DNA from: an uncultured Verrucomicrobiae bacterium | GTDB taxonomy: Bacteria > Chlamydiota > Chlamydiia > Chlamydiales > Rhabdochlamydiaceae | Reading direction: 5' to 3' | DNA: 64,000 nt | Assembly: GCA_963806855.1 (NCBI GenBank) | Contig: CAWDYW010000001.1 | Coordinates: 1,376,001-1,440,000, forward strand | Shown: positions 18,367 to 28,208 of the stretch, one piece after another | Numbering within the stretch: the first letter of the stretch is position 1 | How the letters are laid out: each line of letters starts with the position of its first letter | Position numbers and translations under genes: made by a program | The notes under the pieces: generated by a model | Seen by the model: the letters and a program-made list of their open reading frames with translations, nothing else | What the model was told of the DNA's origin: nothing | The model's database searches: none

Positions 18367-19491
18367 TGGGTTTAAATTTGAGATCCTCCATCAATCGAAA
18401 AAATCGGCAGCCCGCGTCGGGAAAATCCACACACCCCACGGCGTGATCGACACTCCCAACTTCGTCGCTGTCGGGACCAATGGGACAATCAAATCGCTCG
18501 ATAGCGCCACCGTCAGTGAAATTGGCCTACAGCTGATGTTCTGCAACACCTACCACTTGCTACTGCAGCCTGGGACCAAGATCGTCAAAGAGGCGGGCGG
18601 GTTGCACCAGTTCATCAATCGTAAAATGCCGATCATCACCGATTCGGGCGGCTTTCAGGTCTTTAGCCTTAGCCTACGGATCGGTTGCCAATGAACTGAA
18701 GAGCCGCGGGACGAAAAACAGCGGAGAACTGGTGCTCAAAATCAACGAGGAAGGGGTTTTATTTCGCTCCTATCGGGATGGCTCGAAATATCTCCTCACA
18801 CCCGAGAGCTCAGTCCAAGCGCAAAAAGATCTCGGCGCCGACATCATCATCCCCTTCGACGAATTGCCCCCCTATCATATCGAAAAAGAGGCGCTCCAGC
18901 TCTCGATTGCCCGCACACACCGCTGGGAAGAGCGCTCTCTTGCCGCCCACCTCAATGATCGCAATAACCAGGCCATGTATGCGGTGATCCACGGAGGGAT
19001 TAACCTCGATCTGCGGCGCCAAAGCTGCGAACACTTAACAAAACTCGATTTTGATGGATATGCCATCGGAGGCAGCATGGGGAAGACGAAGGAGGAGATG
19101 TATGCGATCCTCTCCCACACCTTGCCGCTGCTGCCAAGAAAAGCCTAACCACTTGCTTGGAATCGGCGACCTTGGATCGATCGACAAGGGAATTGCCCTC
19201 GGGATCGACACCTTTGATAGCTCCTATCCGACAAAAGCAGCGCGCCACGGGGTCGCCCTCACCTGGCAGGGGCCGTTAAATCTGACCCGCGCCGAAAATG
19301 CAAGCACCTTCACGCCGATCGACAAAAATTGCACCTGTCCAACCTGTCGGCAATTCAACCTCGCCTACCTCCACCACCTCTTCAAAGCCAAGGAACTCAC
19401 CGCGCTGACACTCGCGACGATTCACAATCTCCACTTCATGGTCGAGTACATGGCCGCGATGCGCGAAAAGATTGCGAATGATCAAATTTAA
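18359..19491 (+). CDS. tgt: tRNA-guanine transglycosylase, split by two frameshifts (~18670, ~19140)
   Basis: TPHG.I.TP.F..VGT, NTYHL, TDSGGFQVFSL, GADII, HLLGIG, Zn motif CTCPTC, YLHHL, HNL. Confidence 0.9.
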
Positions 19492-22400
19492 AAGAAAACT
19501 ATACGAATTGAGACTTGAGGCTGATCTTTATTCTTTGGTTCCTCTTGAAAGTCTTTAATTATTCGATCTAATTCTTTGTCATATGAGCCATCTAAAGATA
19601 TTCTTAGCCCGCATCTTTTAAGACCAGCCAAACGATTTAGATAATCGCGCATACCCTCTCTTGCCTTACTTGCTCCATGGAGATAAATTTTGATTTGACA
19701 TTTTTTAAGATGGGGTCCTTGGAAAACTTGCAACATTTCTCTTTCTGAATCAGATGCCATCTCCATCATCGGTCTAAAGTCACTGCCTGGTGCGGGATCT
19801 ACAAGAGATTGTATGTCGCTTACATTTGGACAGTTGTCTTGATATTCAAGGGTTAATTCTTCCAGCTGGTGGTTGCTGCTAACAATATATTTTAAACAGT
19901 CTTTTTTCTTAGCATCAATTTCTAGGGTTTTACAATGAGTGAGGTTGGAGAAAAGGGACGCAACGGGATCGGCTGCCACATAACTACTCCAAAGACTAGC
20001 TAAAATACCTGCCTGTTCAGCTTCCTTTTCTAAAGCTTCAACATTTAAATTCAGCAGTACTCCTTTAGGGGGCAAATTTCTGAGAAATTCAAAAGCAGGA
20101 GCCTCTTCTAGGTACTGCATATCAACAAAAAGATAAGTACGTCTTATTGTAGTTGGAATTTTTAATCCTCGTAGCCCTTGCCAGGCCGATTTGTCTCTAG
20201 GGCATATTGTCAACCACTCTAGTCGCTTAAGAGCAGCTAATGGGAGAGACTCTAGAGATGAGACTTTGCTATTGAGATAAAGGGTTAGGTGATGAAGGTT
20301 AGGACAGGCCTGAGCAACTTGCATCCAAGGGTTTTCCACACCATCAGCATCCGTTTCAACATCAATATGAAGTCTACTGCAATCGGCGCCGACGGCCTTC
20401 AATAGCCTCAAAGGTCTGGGTTGAAATGAGGAGAGGCGTACCTGGCTAGAGTATCTGTTTTGTTCGAATTTAACCATTTTCTTGCCGCAATACCTTGACG
20501 AGCACTTGTTGAAAAATGAATCACAACCGACTGAAAGAGCCCATGAGGCTGCAGTAAGTAAAGTCTCTTCAGGAAATAAAGGTGCCAGAGAACGGAGCTC
20601 TGCGGCACGTGTCTTCATCGGCTCATGTTCATCATTAAAAATGCCTTTTTGTAATTGCTGCAGCGCAAGAAAATGTGCTGCCGGAAGAGACCTTGCCTCC
20701 TCCTCAGATATGAGTGGAGCTTTATTCTTGCTCAAGACTTTTTCTAAGAGTTCTATAGCCCAAGCTGCACTATCAATAGGGATCGTTTCAAACTCACTTC
20801 CCATTTTTCCGTCTGTTAATATTTGACGACAACTTTCCATTTTCAGCAGTAAATGAAGAGGCAGTTGAAGAATAGTAGCGCCATACTCAACCCCCACTCT
20901 CAGAGTGCTTATAGAATGTGCTTTCTCTGGGAAAAATACGCGGCAATCTTCTAGAGATTTCTTGAGCAGTTCAACATTTACGGTTTTTTCCTTTATGCGC
21001 TCACTTATCATCATAGAGAGGGTTTTGAGTAGGTCCGGACATTCTTCTAGCGGAATATCCTGTTGTAATAAGAAATGTAGAAAATGGGGCAGAGCCTTAG
21101 CAGATAATCCGAGTACCTCTTTGCCAGTTTGGTCTGATGCCATCCGCTCAAAAGCAGCAGCCTCTTCTTTAAGAGAGGTTGAACTTTCACCTTTTGTATA
21201 GTCCCGCGCATACTTCCAAAATTGGTTACCGAAATACTCGCTGTTGAGTTGTTTAAGAAGATGAGTCGATACAGAGTCGCTACACCTATTTAAAAGGAAA
21301 ACAACATCAAAAGGGCTCCACCCTTTCAATTCATCATGCCACGATTTTTCCAGCCGCTCAAGACCGACAAGCTTTTCTTCTAGCTCCTCTTTCTCTTTTG
21401 TAAGCCCTAGCTCACAGCAGCAACAGACTCCGCAAAGAAGCATGAGACCTGGCTGGGATTCCTCGTTTACTCGTAGTTCAACTTTAGATAAGCGATCATT
21501 ATCCTTTAGGATTTTTAATACTCTTAGGCCTGATTGAAGACTTGCAAAAGGAGGTAGCTCTTTCATAGAAATTGCAACGGAGTACTGCTGTCCTTCTTTT
21601 TTAATAGAGAAAATCGGGTTCTTTTTTAGCCAGAAGATGACGTGGTCTTCAAGTTCCTGGCACGAAGTGCTACATACGATCTCAGCGAGTGCAGCGATGG
21701 TCCCTGGAGTGTCATCACAGTTCTTAATGATGGCATAGGCAATTTCATCCTTTGTCTTATCAAAATCTCTTGCCCCAAAGTAATCAGCACCCTGCAGTAT
21801 CCCGATCAATAGATCAAGAGAAAGGGAGCCGATCTCTATTTCTCTGCCTTTGATCCAAAGATCATAAAGAAGAAAAAACGTCTTGGCTATATGACCTTCT
21901 AAAATGACTTTCTCCGTGTTCATACCAGACATCAAGAGGGTTCGAATATAGTCACTTTCAGCAAAAAGAGGCCATATAGAAACTGGAAAGCACCCAATAC
22001 CTTGCAATTCTACCTGTATACTGTCCTGTTTCATACGCTGGTTCAGCTCAAACGACTCCTCCGCAAATTTGACAAGGTCTTTACAGTGGCTGGCCTCGAG
22101 CTCTCCACTCTTCAATCGATCTAGCAATAAACCAAACAGCTCAACGTGAAGAGGGCTAGCCGTCTTACCTTCATTATGAACAAATAAAAAGAAGCGGTAG
22201 AGTGTCTGCAACGATAGATTTGCTTTTTCTGCTGCAAACGACCCTGCGATCATTCTGTTAAAGCGATCAAATTCTGCTGCAACCTGTTCACTTGAAAAGG
22301 ATTCAGGAAGGGTGTCGCGAAATCTCCTAGGCTGAGCTGCCAGCTGTTGAGAAAAGAGGGGCTCCTTGTTAGCTGGCCAAATAGTTGCCAGTTGATAGAG

Positions 22401-22943
22401 TGTTCTTATGTTCAGGATAGGCTGTGATGTCTCGATTCGACTGAAAAGGAGCTCTTTATAGATCTTTTCCAACTCTGGGATATTGAGAAGAGTAATTACT
22501 CGATGGAGTTCAACAAAATTTTCTATGGAGATACAAACATTTTTTATTCTACGTAAATTAAGTAGTTCGCGAAATGCATCATCGTTTAAAGAATCAACAA
22601 GCGCTGATTCTGTAGGAAAAGATTCAGGACAATAAAGCACATGCCATAACTTTGGAGAATTAAATAGAATCTCTGCAGATGAAACTCCATATCCCCGAAA
22701 TCTGGTGTCCTTAGCGCTATATCGGAATCCCCTCTGAGATAAAATAGATATAACTCGTGTCCTGAGCTCTTCGGGGAGCTCTCCTCTTTTAGCGAGTTCT
22801 TTTAAAGATCTTTTGCTCTCTTTAAAGACCATGTAACTTACAGGGTCGGACAGATCCCTTTTTTGATGGGTAGCAAGGCGTTCGACCAATTCGATGGGAG
22901 ATGGTGAGGCCGGCTTTTGAAGAGGATCCAAAGAAACGCTCAT
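19488..22943 (-). CDS. Large putative effector with BTB/POZ-like domains and LRR-like C-terminus
   Basis: BTB-like FPVSIWPLFAESDYIRTLLMSGM...ILQGADYF, an internal duplication, and ACPNLHHLTL / LKRLEWLTI LRR-like repeats. Confidence 0.55.
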   Translation of the reverse strand: MSVSLDPLQKPASPSPIELVERLATHQKRDLSDPVSYMVFKESKRSLKELAKRGELPEELRTRVISILSQRGFRYSAKDTRFRGYGVSSAEILFNSPKLWHVLYCPESFPTESALVDSLNDDAFRELLNLRRIKNVCISIENFVELHRVITLLNIPELEKIYKELLFSRIETSQPILNIRTLYQLATIWPANKEPLFSQQLAAQPRRFRDTLPESFSSEQVAAEFDRFNRMIAGSFAAEKANLSLQTLYRFFLFVHNEGKTASPLHVELFGLLLDRLKSGELEASHCKDLVKFAEESFELNQRMKQDSIQVELQGIGCFPVSIWPLFAESDYIRTLLMSGMNTEKVILEGHIAKTFFLLYDLWIKGREIEIGSLSLDLLIGILQGADYFGARDFDKTKDEIAYAIIKNCDDTPGTIAALAEIVCSTSCQELEDHVIFWLKKNPIFSIKKEGQQYSVAISMKELPPFASLQSGLRVLKILKDNDRLSKVELRVNEESQPGLMLLCGVCCCCELGLTKEKEELEEKLVGLERLEKSWHDELKGWSPFDVVFLLNRCSDSVSTHLLKQLNSEYFGNQFWKYARDYTKGESSTSLKEEAAAFERMASDQTGKEVLGLSAKALPHFLHFLLQQDIPLEECPDLLKTLSMMISERIKEKTVNVELLKKSLEDCRVFFPEKAHSISTLRVGVEYGATILQLPLHLLLKMESCRQILTDGKMGSEFETIPIDSAAWAIELLEKVLSKNKAPLISEEEARSLPAAHFLALQQLQKGIFNDEHEPMKTRAAELRSLAPLFPEETLLTAASWALSVGCDSFFNKCSSRYCGKKMVKFEQNRYSSQVRLSSFQPRPLRLLKAVGADCSRLHIDVETDADGVENPWMQVAQACPNLHHLTLYLNSKVSSLESLPLAALKRLEWLTICPRDKSAWQGLRGLKIPTTIRRTYLFVDMQYLEEAPAFEFLRNLPPKGVLLNLNVEALEKEAEQAGILASLWSSYVAADPVASLFSNLTHCKTLEIDAKKKDCLKYIVSSNHQLEELTLEYQDNCPNVSDIQSLVDPAPGSDFRPMMEMASDSEREMLQVFQGPHLKKCQIKIYLHGASKAREGMRDYLNRLAGLKRCGLRISLDGSYDKELDRIIKDFQEEPKNKDQPQVSIRIVFF

Positions 22944-23090
22944 AAAAACCTCGTTTTAATTTGTTAAATTTTAATGAGAGGCCTGCTTTTATTTCAATTT
23001 AATAAAATTTTTATGCCAGAAAAACTTTGTCGCTCTCATCAAAAAAAATTCTATCTAGAAATAGCATTCTGCAATTATACGTAAGTTTGT

Positions 23091-24017
23091 ATGACGCGGA
23101 AATATTTTTTGCCAGGTATTGCAATATTAGGTGCGATCATTGCTCTGATTATTTCATTTTGGAGTATGAAAAAAGAGCCGGTTCCTGCTATTCCATTTCC
23201 TCCACCGAAATCTCCTTATGTTTATGCCATTGCCGGAGAAGGGATCATCGAATCTTCTTCCAATAACATTGCGGTTGGCTCTCCTTTTAACGAAATCATC
23301 ACCAAAATTTTCGTCGTCGAAGGGAACCATGTGAAGAAAGGGGATCCCCTATTTCAGCTCGATACGCGCTATTATGAGGCACAGGCCGAGACAGCTCGCA
23401 GCCAAATTAGCGCAGCTCAGGTAAATCTAGAGAATTTGAAGAAGCAATTTAGCTTTTATCAAAGGCTAAACGATAAAAGAGCAGTCAGCGAGCAGCAATA
23501 TGACCAAACCTATTATGCCTTTAAAGAGGGAGAAGAGCAGCTCAAGGTCGCCATTTCGCAGCTGGGCGAGGTAGAAGCCAATATTGAAAGATCGCTTATC
23601 CGCGCACCGATCGATGGAGAGATTTTACAGGTCAATATTCATTTGGGAGAGGTGGCCCCCAATATCAACGTGGTGAATCCGCAGACGATCACTCCCTATT
23701 CGGCGACTCAATACCCTTTGATCATGATGGGTGATGTGCAACCGCTGCACTTAAGGATCGATATCGATGAGGTCGATGCCTGGCGATACAAAGAGGGGGC
23801 TCCCGGTGTCGCCTTTGTCCGAGGCAATAGCAATATTCAATTTCCACTGAAATTTGTCCGTGTTGAACCTTATATCATCCCTAAGGCCTCTTTCACTGGC
23901 CAGGTAGGAGAGAGAATTGATATGCGCGTTTTGCAACTGATCTATCAATTTGACAAAGGGAAACTACCGGTCTACACAGGTCAAGTGGTCGATGTGTATA
24001 TTAAGGCTGGAGCATAA
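23091..24017 (+). CDS. HlyD-family periplasmic adaptor (membrane fusion protein)
   Basis: Lipoyl-like V.EG..VKKGDPLFQLD, coiled coil, IRAPIDG. Confidence 0.9.
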   Translation: MTRKYFLPGIAILGAIIALIISFWSMKKEPVPAIPFPPPKSPYVYAIAGEGIIESSSNNIAVGSPFNEIITKIFVVEGNHVKKGDPLFQLDTRYYEAQAETARSQISAAQVNLENLKKQFSFYQRLNDKRAVSEQQYDQTYYAFKEGEEQLKVAISQLGEVEANIERSLIRAPIDGEILQVNIHLGEVAPNINVVNPQTITPYSATQYPLIMMGDVQPLHLRIDIDEVDAWRYKEGAPGVAFVRGNSNIQFPLKFVRVEPYIIPKASFTGQVGERIDMRVLQLIYQFDKGKLPVYTGQVVDVYIKAGA

Positions 24018-24020
24018 TCG

Positions 24021-25487
24021 GTGAAAAAGATCGCCCTATTACTCCTATTGGCTGGATGCATGGTGGGCCCAGACTACAATGTGCCCCAGACCTGCGTTCC
24101 GGTCACATTTGTCGAGTCTTCGAGTGACAGTAGCTCTTCCGATGATCTTTGCCACTGGTGGGAGCAACTCGATGACCCCCATCTCAATTGTCTTTTGAAC
24201 GAGGCCGTCCAAGGCAACTTTGATTTTGGCATTGCCCTTGAAAAAATCGTTCAGGCGCGTGCCCAATTTCGTGTGGAAGCCTCCTACCTTTGGCCCGAGA
24301 TCGATCTCAATGCCACCGCAACAAGAACTCGGAATAGCCAGAATTTTTTTAGTTCTGCATCATCAACAGCATCCACCTCAACCACTGGAGCGACGAGCAG
24401 CCTTCCTCTTTATCAAAATTTTTTCCTCCTCGGCTTTGATGCGATTTGGGAATTGGATTTTTGGGGAAAATTTAGGCGGGCGAAACGGGCTGCTTACGAC
24501 CAGTGGCAGGCCTCCTTTGAAGATGCCCAGAATGTGTTGATCATGATTTTAAGCGAAGTGGCGATGAATTATGTGAGCATTCGGTCTTTGCAACAAAAAG
24601 TCGATTTGACCAGGAGAAAAATTGGGGCCGATGAGCGGGAAATTGCCCTCACTCAAGATCTTTTTCAATCGGGAATCGACAGCGAAATTCAATTAGACAC
24701 CTTGATCGCCACAGTAGAAAGCGACAGAGCGACGCTCCCCGTTTTAGAAGCTTCTCTTAAGCAGACCATCTATGCGCTGGCTGTTCTATTAGGAAGACAG
24801 CCCGAGTGTCTCGTTCAGGAATTTGAAGAGATAAAGCCAATCCCTAAAGGCAATGACAGAATCCCCATCGGCCTCCCTTCGGATCTGCTTCGGCGCCGAC
24901 ATGACATTAAGGAGGCGGAGCGCATGCTCGCCGCTGCCACTGAGCAGATCGGGGTCGCTGTGGCCGATCTCTTTCCCCATATCTCCTTAACAGGGACGAC
25001 AGTTGCCGGAGGTTCTCTCATTGGATCGGGGATTGGCTGGGAAAGCAATAAACTGAGCAATCTGTTTAACCCCTTGAGCAAAACATGGAGCATCGGACCC
25101 AATATCCGGTGGGATTTAATTGACTTTGGCAGGACGAGGGGGAATATCGCCATTCAGAATTCGCTGCAGAGACAAGCTTTTTTAAGTTATGAGAAGACAG
25201 TGATCACAGCTCTGCAAGATGTGGAAGGGGCGCTCGCTGCTTATTTCCAAGAACAGAAGCGGAACGTTTTTTTAAAGGATCAAGCAAGTGCCGACCGGAG
25301 AGTGTTCGAGCTGACAGAAGATCTCTTTCAGTCGGGACTGGCCAGTGAAATCCAGCTGATAGAATCTTTGAGAACCTGGATCAATTCGGAAAATTCATTT
25401 CTCGATAGCGAGCAATCACTCACAAGTGATCTCATCGCTGTCTATAAAGCACTAGGGGGAAATTGGGAATGCTCCTATACGCTATAA
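24021..25487 (+). CDS. Outer membrane efflux lipoprotein (NodT/OprM/TolC family)
   Basis: Lipobox LLAGC-MVGPDY, WELDFWG, PSDLLRRR, and AVYKALGG.W. Confidence 0.9.
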   Translation: MKKIALLLLLAGCMVGPDYNVPQTCVPVTFVESSSDSSSSDDLCHWWEQLDDPHLNCLLNEAVQGNFDFGIALEKIVQARAQFRVEASYLWPEIDLNATATRTRNSQNFFSSASSTASTSTTGATSSLPLYQNFFLLGFDAIWELDFWGKFRRAKRAAYDQWQASFEDAQNVLIMILSEVAMNYVSIRSLQQKVDLTRRKIGADEREIALTQDLFQSGIDSEIQLDTLIATVESDRATLPVLEASLKQTIYALAVLLGRQPECLVQEFEEIKPIPKGNDRIPIGLPSDLLRRRHDIKEAERMLAAATEQIGVAVADLFPHISLTGTTVAGGSLIGSGIGWESNKLSNLFNPLSKTWSIGPNIRWDLIDFGRTRGNIAIQNSLQRQAFLSYEKTVITALQDVEGALAAYFQEQKRNVFLKDQASADRRVFELTEDLFQSGLASEIQLIESLRTWINSENSFLDSEQSLTSDLIAVYKALGGNWECSYTL

Positions 25488-26608
25488 AGATGTTAGTTGG
25501 CGACCGGGCCAAATACATCGGGATTATCATCGGCCTGAGCTTTGCCGCCTTCATCATCTCTCAGCAGGGGGCGATTTTTCTTGGCATATTAAAGCGGACC
25601 TCTGGCTTTGTGACTGATACCTCGCAGCCCAATGTGTGGGTCACCGATCCTTCTATCCAGTACATCGATGACATCAAAGGGTTCAAAGAAACGGCTCTTT
25701 ATCGGGTCCGAGGGGTCGAGGGAGTCAAGTGGGCTGTTCCGATGTTTAAAGGGTCAATTCCAGCGCGCCTACGGAATGGGATCTACCAAACCTGCATCTT
25801 TATTGGGATCGACGATGCAACCCTCATTGGAGGTCCACCCAAAATGGTGGAAGGAAAGATCGAGGATCTGCGGATCCCCGACGCGGTGATTGTCAATCGA
25901 GTGGGAGCGACAACGAAACTCGCCTTTAATGGGGTTCCCCTTCGCCTAGGAGATGACATGGAACTCAACGACAACCGAGCCTATGTGGCAGGCATTTGCG
26001 AAACTTCCCGCACCTTTCAATCACAACCCGTCGTTTACACCACCTTTGACCGGGCCCTCACCTTTGCCCCGCGGGAGCGCGATCTTCTCTCCTTTGTCTT
26101 GGTCAAATCTAAACCAGGCGTCGATCCAGATGTCCTTGCCAAAAGAATTCAAGCCGATACCGGACTTGCCGCCTTCACTACTTCAGGATTTCGAAAGCTG
26201 ACCCTTTGGTACTACTTTAAATACACCGGGATCTTCATCAACTTTGGAGTCGCCATCATCCTTGGATTCATCATTGGAATCGCCATTGCCGGCCAAACCT
26301 TTTACAATTTCACCATCGACAATCTCCCCTATTTCGGAGTCTATAAAGCGATGGGAGCCGACAATCGGCTATTAGAACGGATGATCATCATCCAGGCACT
26401 CATGGTGAGCGCGATCGGTTGGGGGATCGGCATCGGCGCTGCGGCAATATTTGGCTATGCTTTCCGCAACACCGAACTCTCCTTTAATATGCCCTTTTAT
26501 CTTTACATCCTCAGCGGTCTTGCGATGCTGACGATCTGTCTCCTTGCCGCTTTGGTGAGCATTCGAAAAGTGAGACGCCTTGATCCAGCCATTGTATTTA
26601 AGAGTTGA
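25463..26608 (+). CDS. ABC transporter permease (FtsX/DevC-like)
   Basis: N-terminal TM, large periplasmic loop, KAMGA, three C-terminal TMs, LDPAIVFK. Confidence 0.85.
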   Translation: MGMLLYAIKMLVGDRAKYIGIIIGLSFAAFIISQQGAIFLGILKRTSGFVTDTSQPNVWVTDPSIQYIDDIKGFKETALYRVRGVEGVKWAVPMFKGSIPARLRNGIYQTCIFIGIDDATLIGGPPKMVEGKIEDLRIPDAVIVNRVGATTKLAFNGVPLRLGDDMELNDNRAYVAGICETSRTFQSQPVVYTTFDRALTFAPRERDLLSFVLVKSKPGVDPDVLAKRIQADTGLAAFTTSGFRKLTLWYYFKYTGIFINFGVAIILGFIIGIAIAGQTFYNFTIDNLPYFGVYKAMGADNRLLERMIIIQALMVSAIGWGIGIGAAAIFGYAFRNTELSFNMPFYLYILSGLAMLTICLLAALVSIRKVRRLDPAIVFKS

Positions 26609-26947
26609 ACTCGACTTTGTACAATTTTTAGCGAGCAGATCTAGTGCTCTGTAAACTTAATTTTTGCACTTTGGGCTGACGTGAAAAACCCCGGGGTTGC
26701 GATGCTGCCAAGGGGGGTTGTATTGGCGACGGAATACTACCCCCCTTGGCAGCATCGCAACCGCGGGAGTTTTCACGTCAGCCCAAAGTGCAAAAATTTA
26801 GTTTACAGAGCACTAGAGGAAGCGCTCGGCAAATTATTTATTTCTTCGCGAAATTCATAGCCGAAGGTACTATAAATGAGCGAAGAAATAAATAATTTGC
26901 CAGCGATTCTCTCGGAGATGCTGCTAAAAATTGTACAAAGTCGAGTT
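26608..26947. mobile_element. Palindromic MITE-like element (outer), interrupted by a second element
   Basis: Perfect 25-bp terminal IR AACTCGACTTTGTACAATTTTTAGC ... GCTAAAAATTGTACAAAGTCGAGTT plus internal stem GGCAAATTATTTATTTCTTCGC...GCGAAGAAATAAATAATTTGCC. Confidence 0.75.
26641..26816. mobile_element. Palindromic MITE-like element (inner), CTAG at both ends
   Basis: Near-perfect 176-bp hairpin CTAGTGCTCTGTAAACT...AGTTTACAGAGCACTAG. Confidence 0.8.
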
Positions 26948-26952
26948 GACCT

Positions 26953-27642
26953 ATGCCAGATATAGCCGTCATTTGTAAGAACATTAAAAAAACCTATGGT
27001 GAAGGGGGTGCCAAAGTCGAGGCCCTGCGAGGTGTCGATCTCGAAGTCAAACAGGGCGAACTTCTCATCCTAATGGGCCCGTCTGGCTCCGGAAAGACCA
27101 CCCTCATTTCGATCATTGCAGGGATCCTCACACAGACCGAAGGGGAATGTTTAGTGTCTAATCTCAATCTAAATCGGATGGAAGATCGAAAGAAAACCGA
27201 ATATCGAGGAAAGCATATTGGATTTGTCTTTCAAATCTTCAACCTCATCCCGACGTTGACTTGCCAAGAAAACGTCTCTGTCCCCCTGCTGATCAATAAA
27301 GTCGACAAAGCCACCGCCCTCAAAAGAGCCGCTGATCTGCTTCAGCAAGTGGGAATCCCAGAGAAGCACGACGTCTATCCTCCGCAGCTCTCTGGCGGAC
27401 AGCAGCAGAGAGTTGCAATCGCCAGGGCAATGATCCACAACCCCGATCTAATCGTCTGCGATGAGCCGACCAGCTATCTTGACCACGAGACCGGCATGAA
27501 AGTGATGGAACTGCTCCGCTCGATCGTGACCGATAGGGGGAAAACACTCATCATCGTCTCCCACGATGTCCGGATCACAAAGTTTGCCGATCGGATCGTC
27601 CGTCTAGAAGATGGGAGAATTGTCAATCATAGCAGTAGTTGA
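26953..27642 (+). CDS. ABC transporter ATP-binding protein (LolD/DevA-like)
   Basis: GPSGSGKTT, LSGGQQQRVAIARA, DEPT, and H-loop. Confidence 0.95.
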   Translation: MPDIAVICKNIKKTYGEGGAKVEALRGVDLEVKQGELLILMGPSGSGKTTLISIIAGILTQTEGECLVSNLNLNRMEDRKKTEYRGKHIGFVFQIFNLIPTLTCQENVSVPLLINKVDKATALKRAADLLQQVGIPEKHDVYPPQLSGGQQQRVAIARAMIHNPDLIVCDEPTSYLDHETGMKVMELLRSIVTDRGKTLIIVSHDVRITKFADRIVRLEDGRIVNHSSS

Positions 27643-27700
27643 TATATGGTAATCTCATCAGATAAATTACAATCCTTGGGCCTTTCACTTCGGTGGTTTA

Positions 27701-27961
27701 GTGCCGAATGAAGTTCCGGTTACAATGGAAGAAAAAGAGGGGGTCGTTACCTTTGAAATCCCTCTTGGACCTGATCGAGTGATTAGAATTGAATTGCTCG
27801 CGCGGAAGGAAGAGGAGCAAATCGTTGAGGGCAGATACACAGTCAGCCCTATGACTAATAAAGAAACTGTGATTTTTCAAATCCAAGATGCGGGAAAATT
27901 ATTGGCCCGCCCCACAGGTTCTCTTGCACGCAATGTCTGGATGCTCACCTCTAAAAAATGA
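27701..27961 (+). CDS. Small hypothetical protein
   Basis: 86-aa ORF with plausible composition. No family recognised. Confidence 0.35.
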   Translation: MPNEVPVTMEEKEGVVTFEIPLGPDRVIRIELLARKEEEQIVEGRYTVSPMTNKETVIFQIQDAGKLLARPTGSLARNVWMLTSKK

Positions 27962-28023
27962 AAGATTCGAATCTTCAGGTTGTTTCGATATAGTCGCTAA
28001 GCAAATTATTAAATTTACGAGTG

Positions 28024-28153
28024 GCGCTCGTATTTTGCATCAATTTAATTAGCAATGACTTAAATGTATTTTACGAGCGCAGGTCGATAAAAATACGAGC
28101 GCGCTCGTATTTTGCATCAATTTAATTAGCAATGACTTAAACGTATTTTACGA
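28024..28153. repeat. 53-bp direct repeat (period 77 bp) with a palindrome at the junction
   Basis: GCGCTCGTATTTTGCATCAATTTAATTAGCAATGACTTAAA(T/C)GTATTTTACGA at 28024 and 28101. Perfect palindrome AAAATACGAGCGCGCTCGTATTTT at 28090-28113. Confidence 0.8.
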
Positions 28154-28208
28154 AGGCACATTGGCCCTACATATACTGATAGCTCAAAAAGGATAAAATG
28201 ACCTCCTT

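Noticed and set aside
18660..19150. Programmed frameshifting in tgt
   Set aside because: Two separate shifts, no convincing slippery site plus stimulator, and similar indels in neighbouring genes.
28024..28153. Possible mini CRISPR array
   Set aside because: Only two repeats of 53 bp with a 24-bp spacer, and no cas genes in the window.
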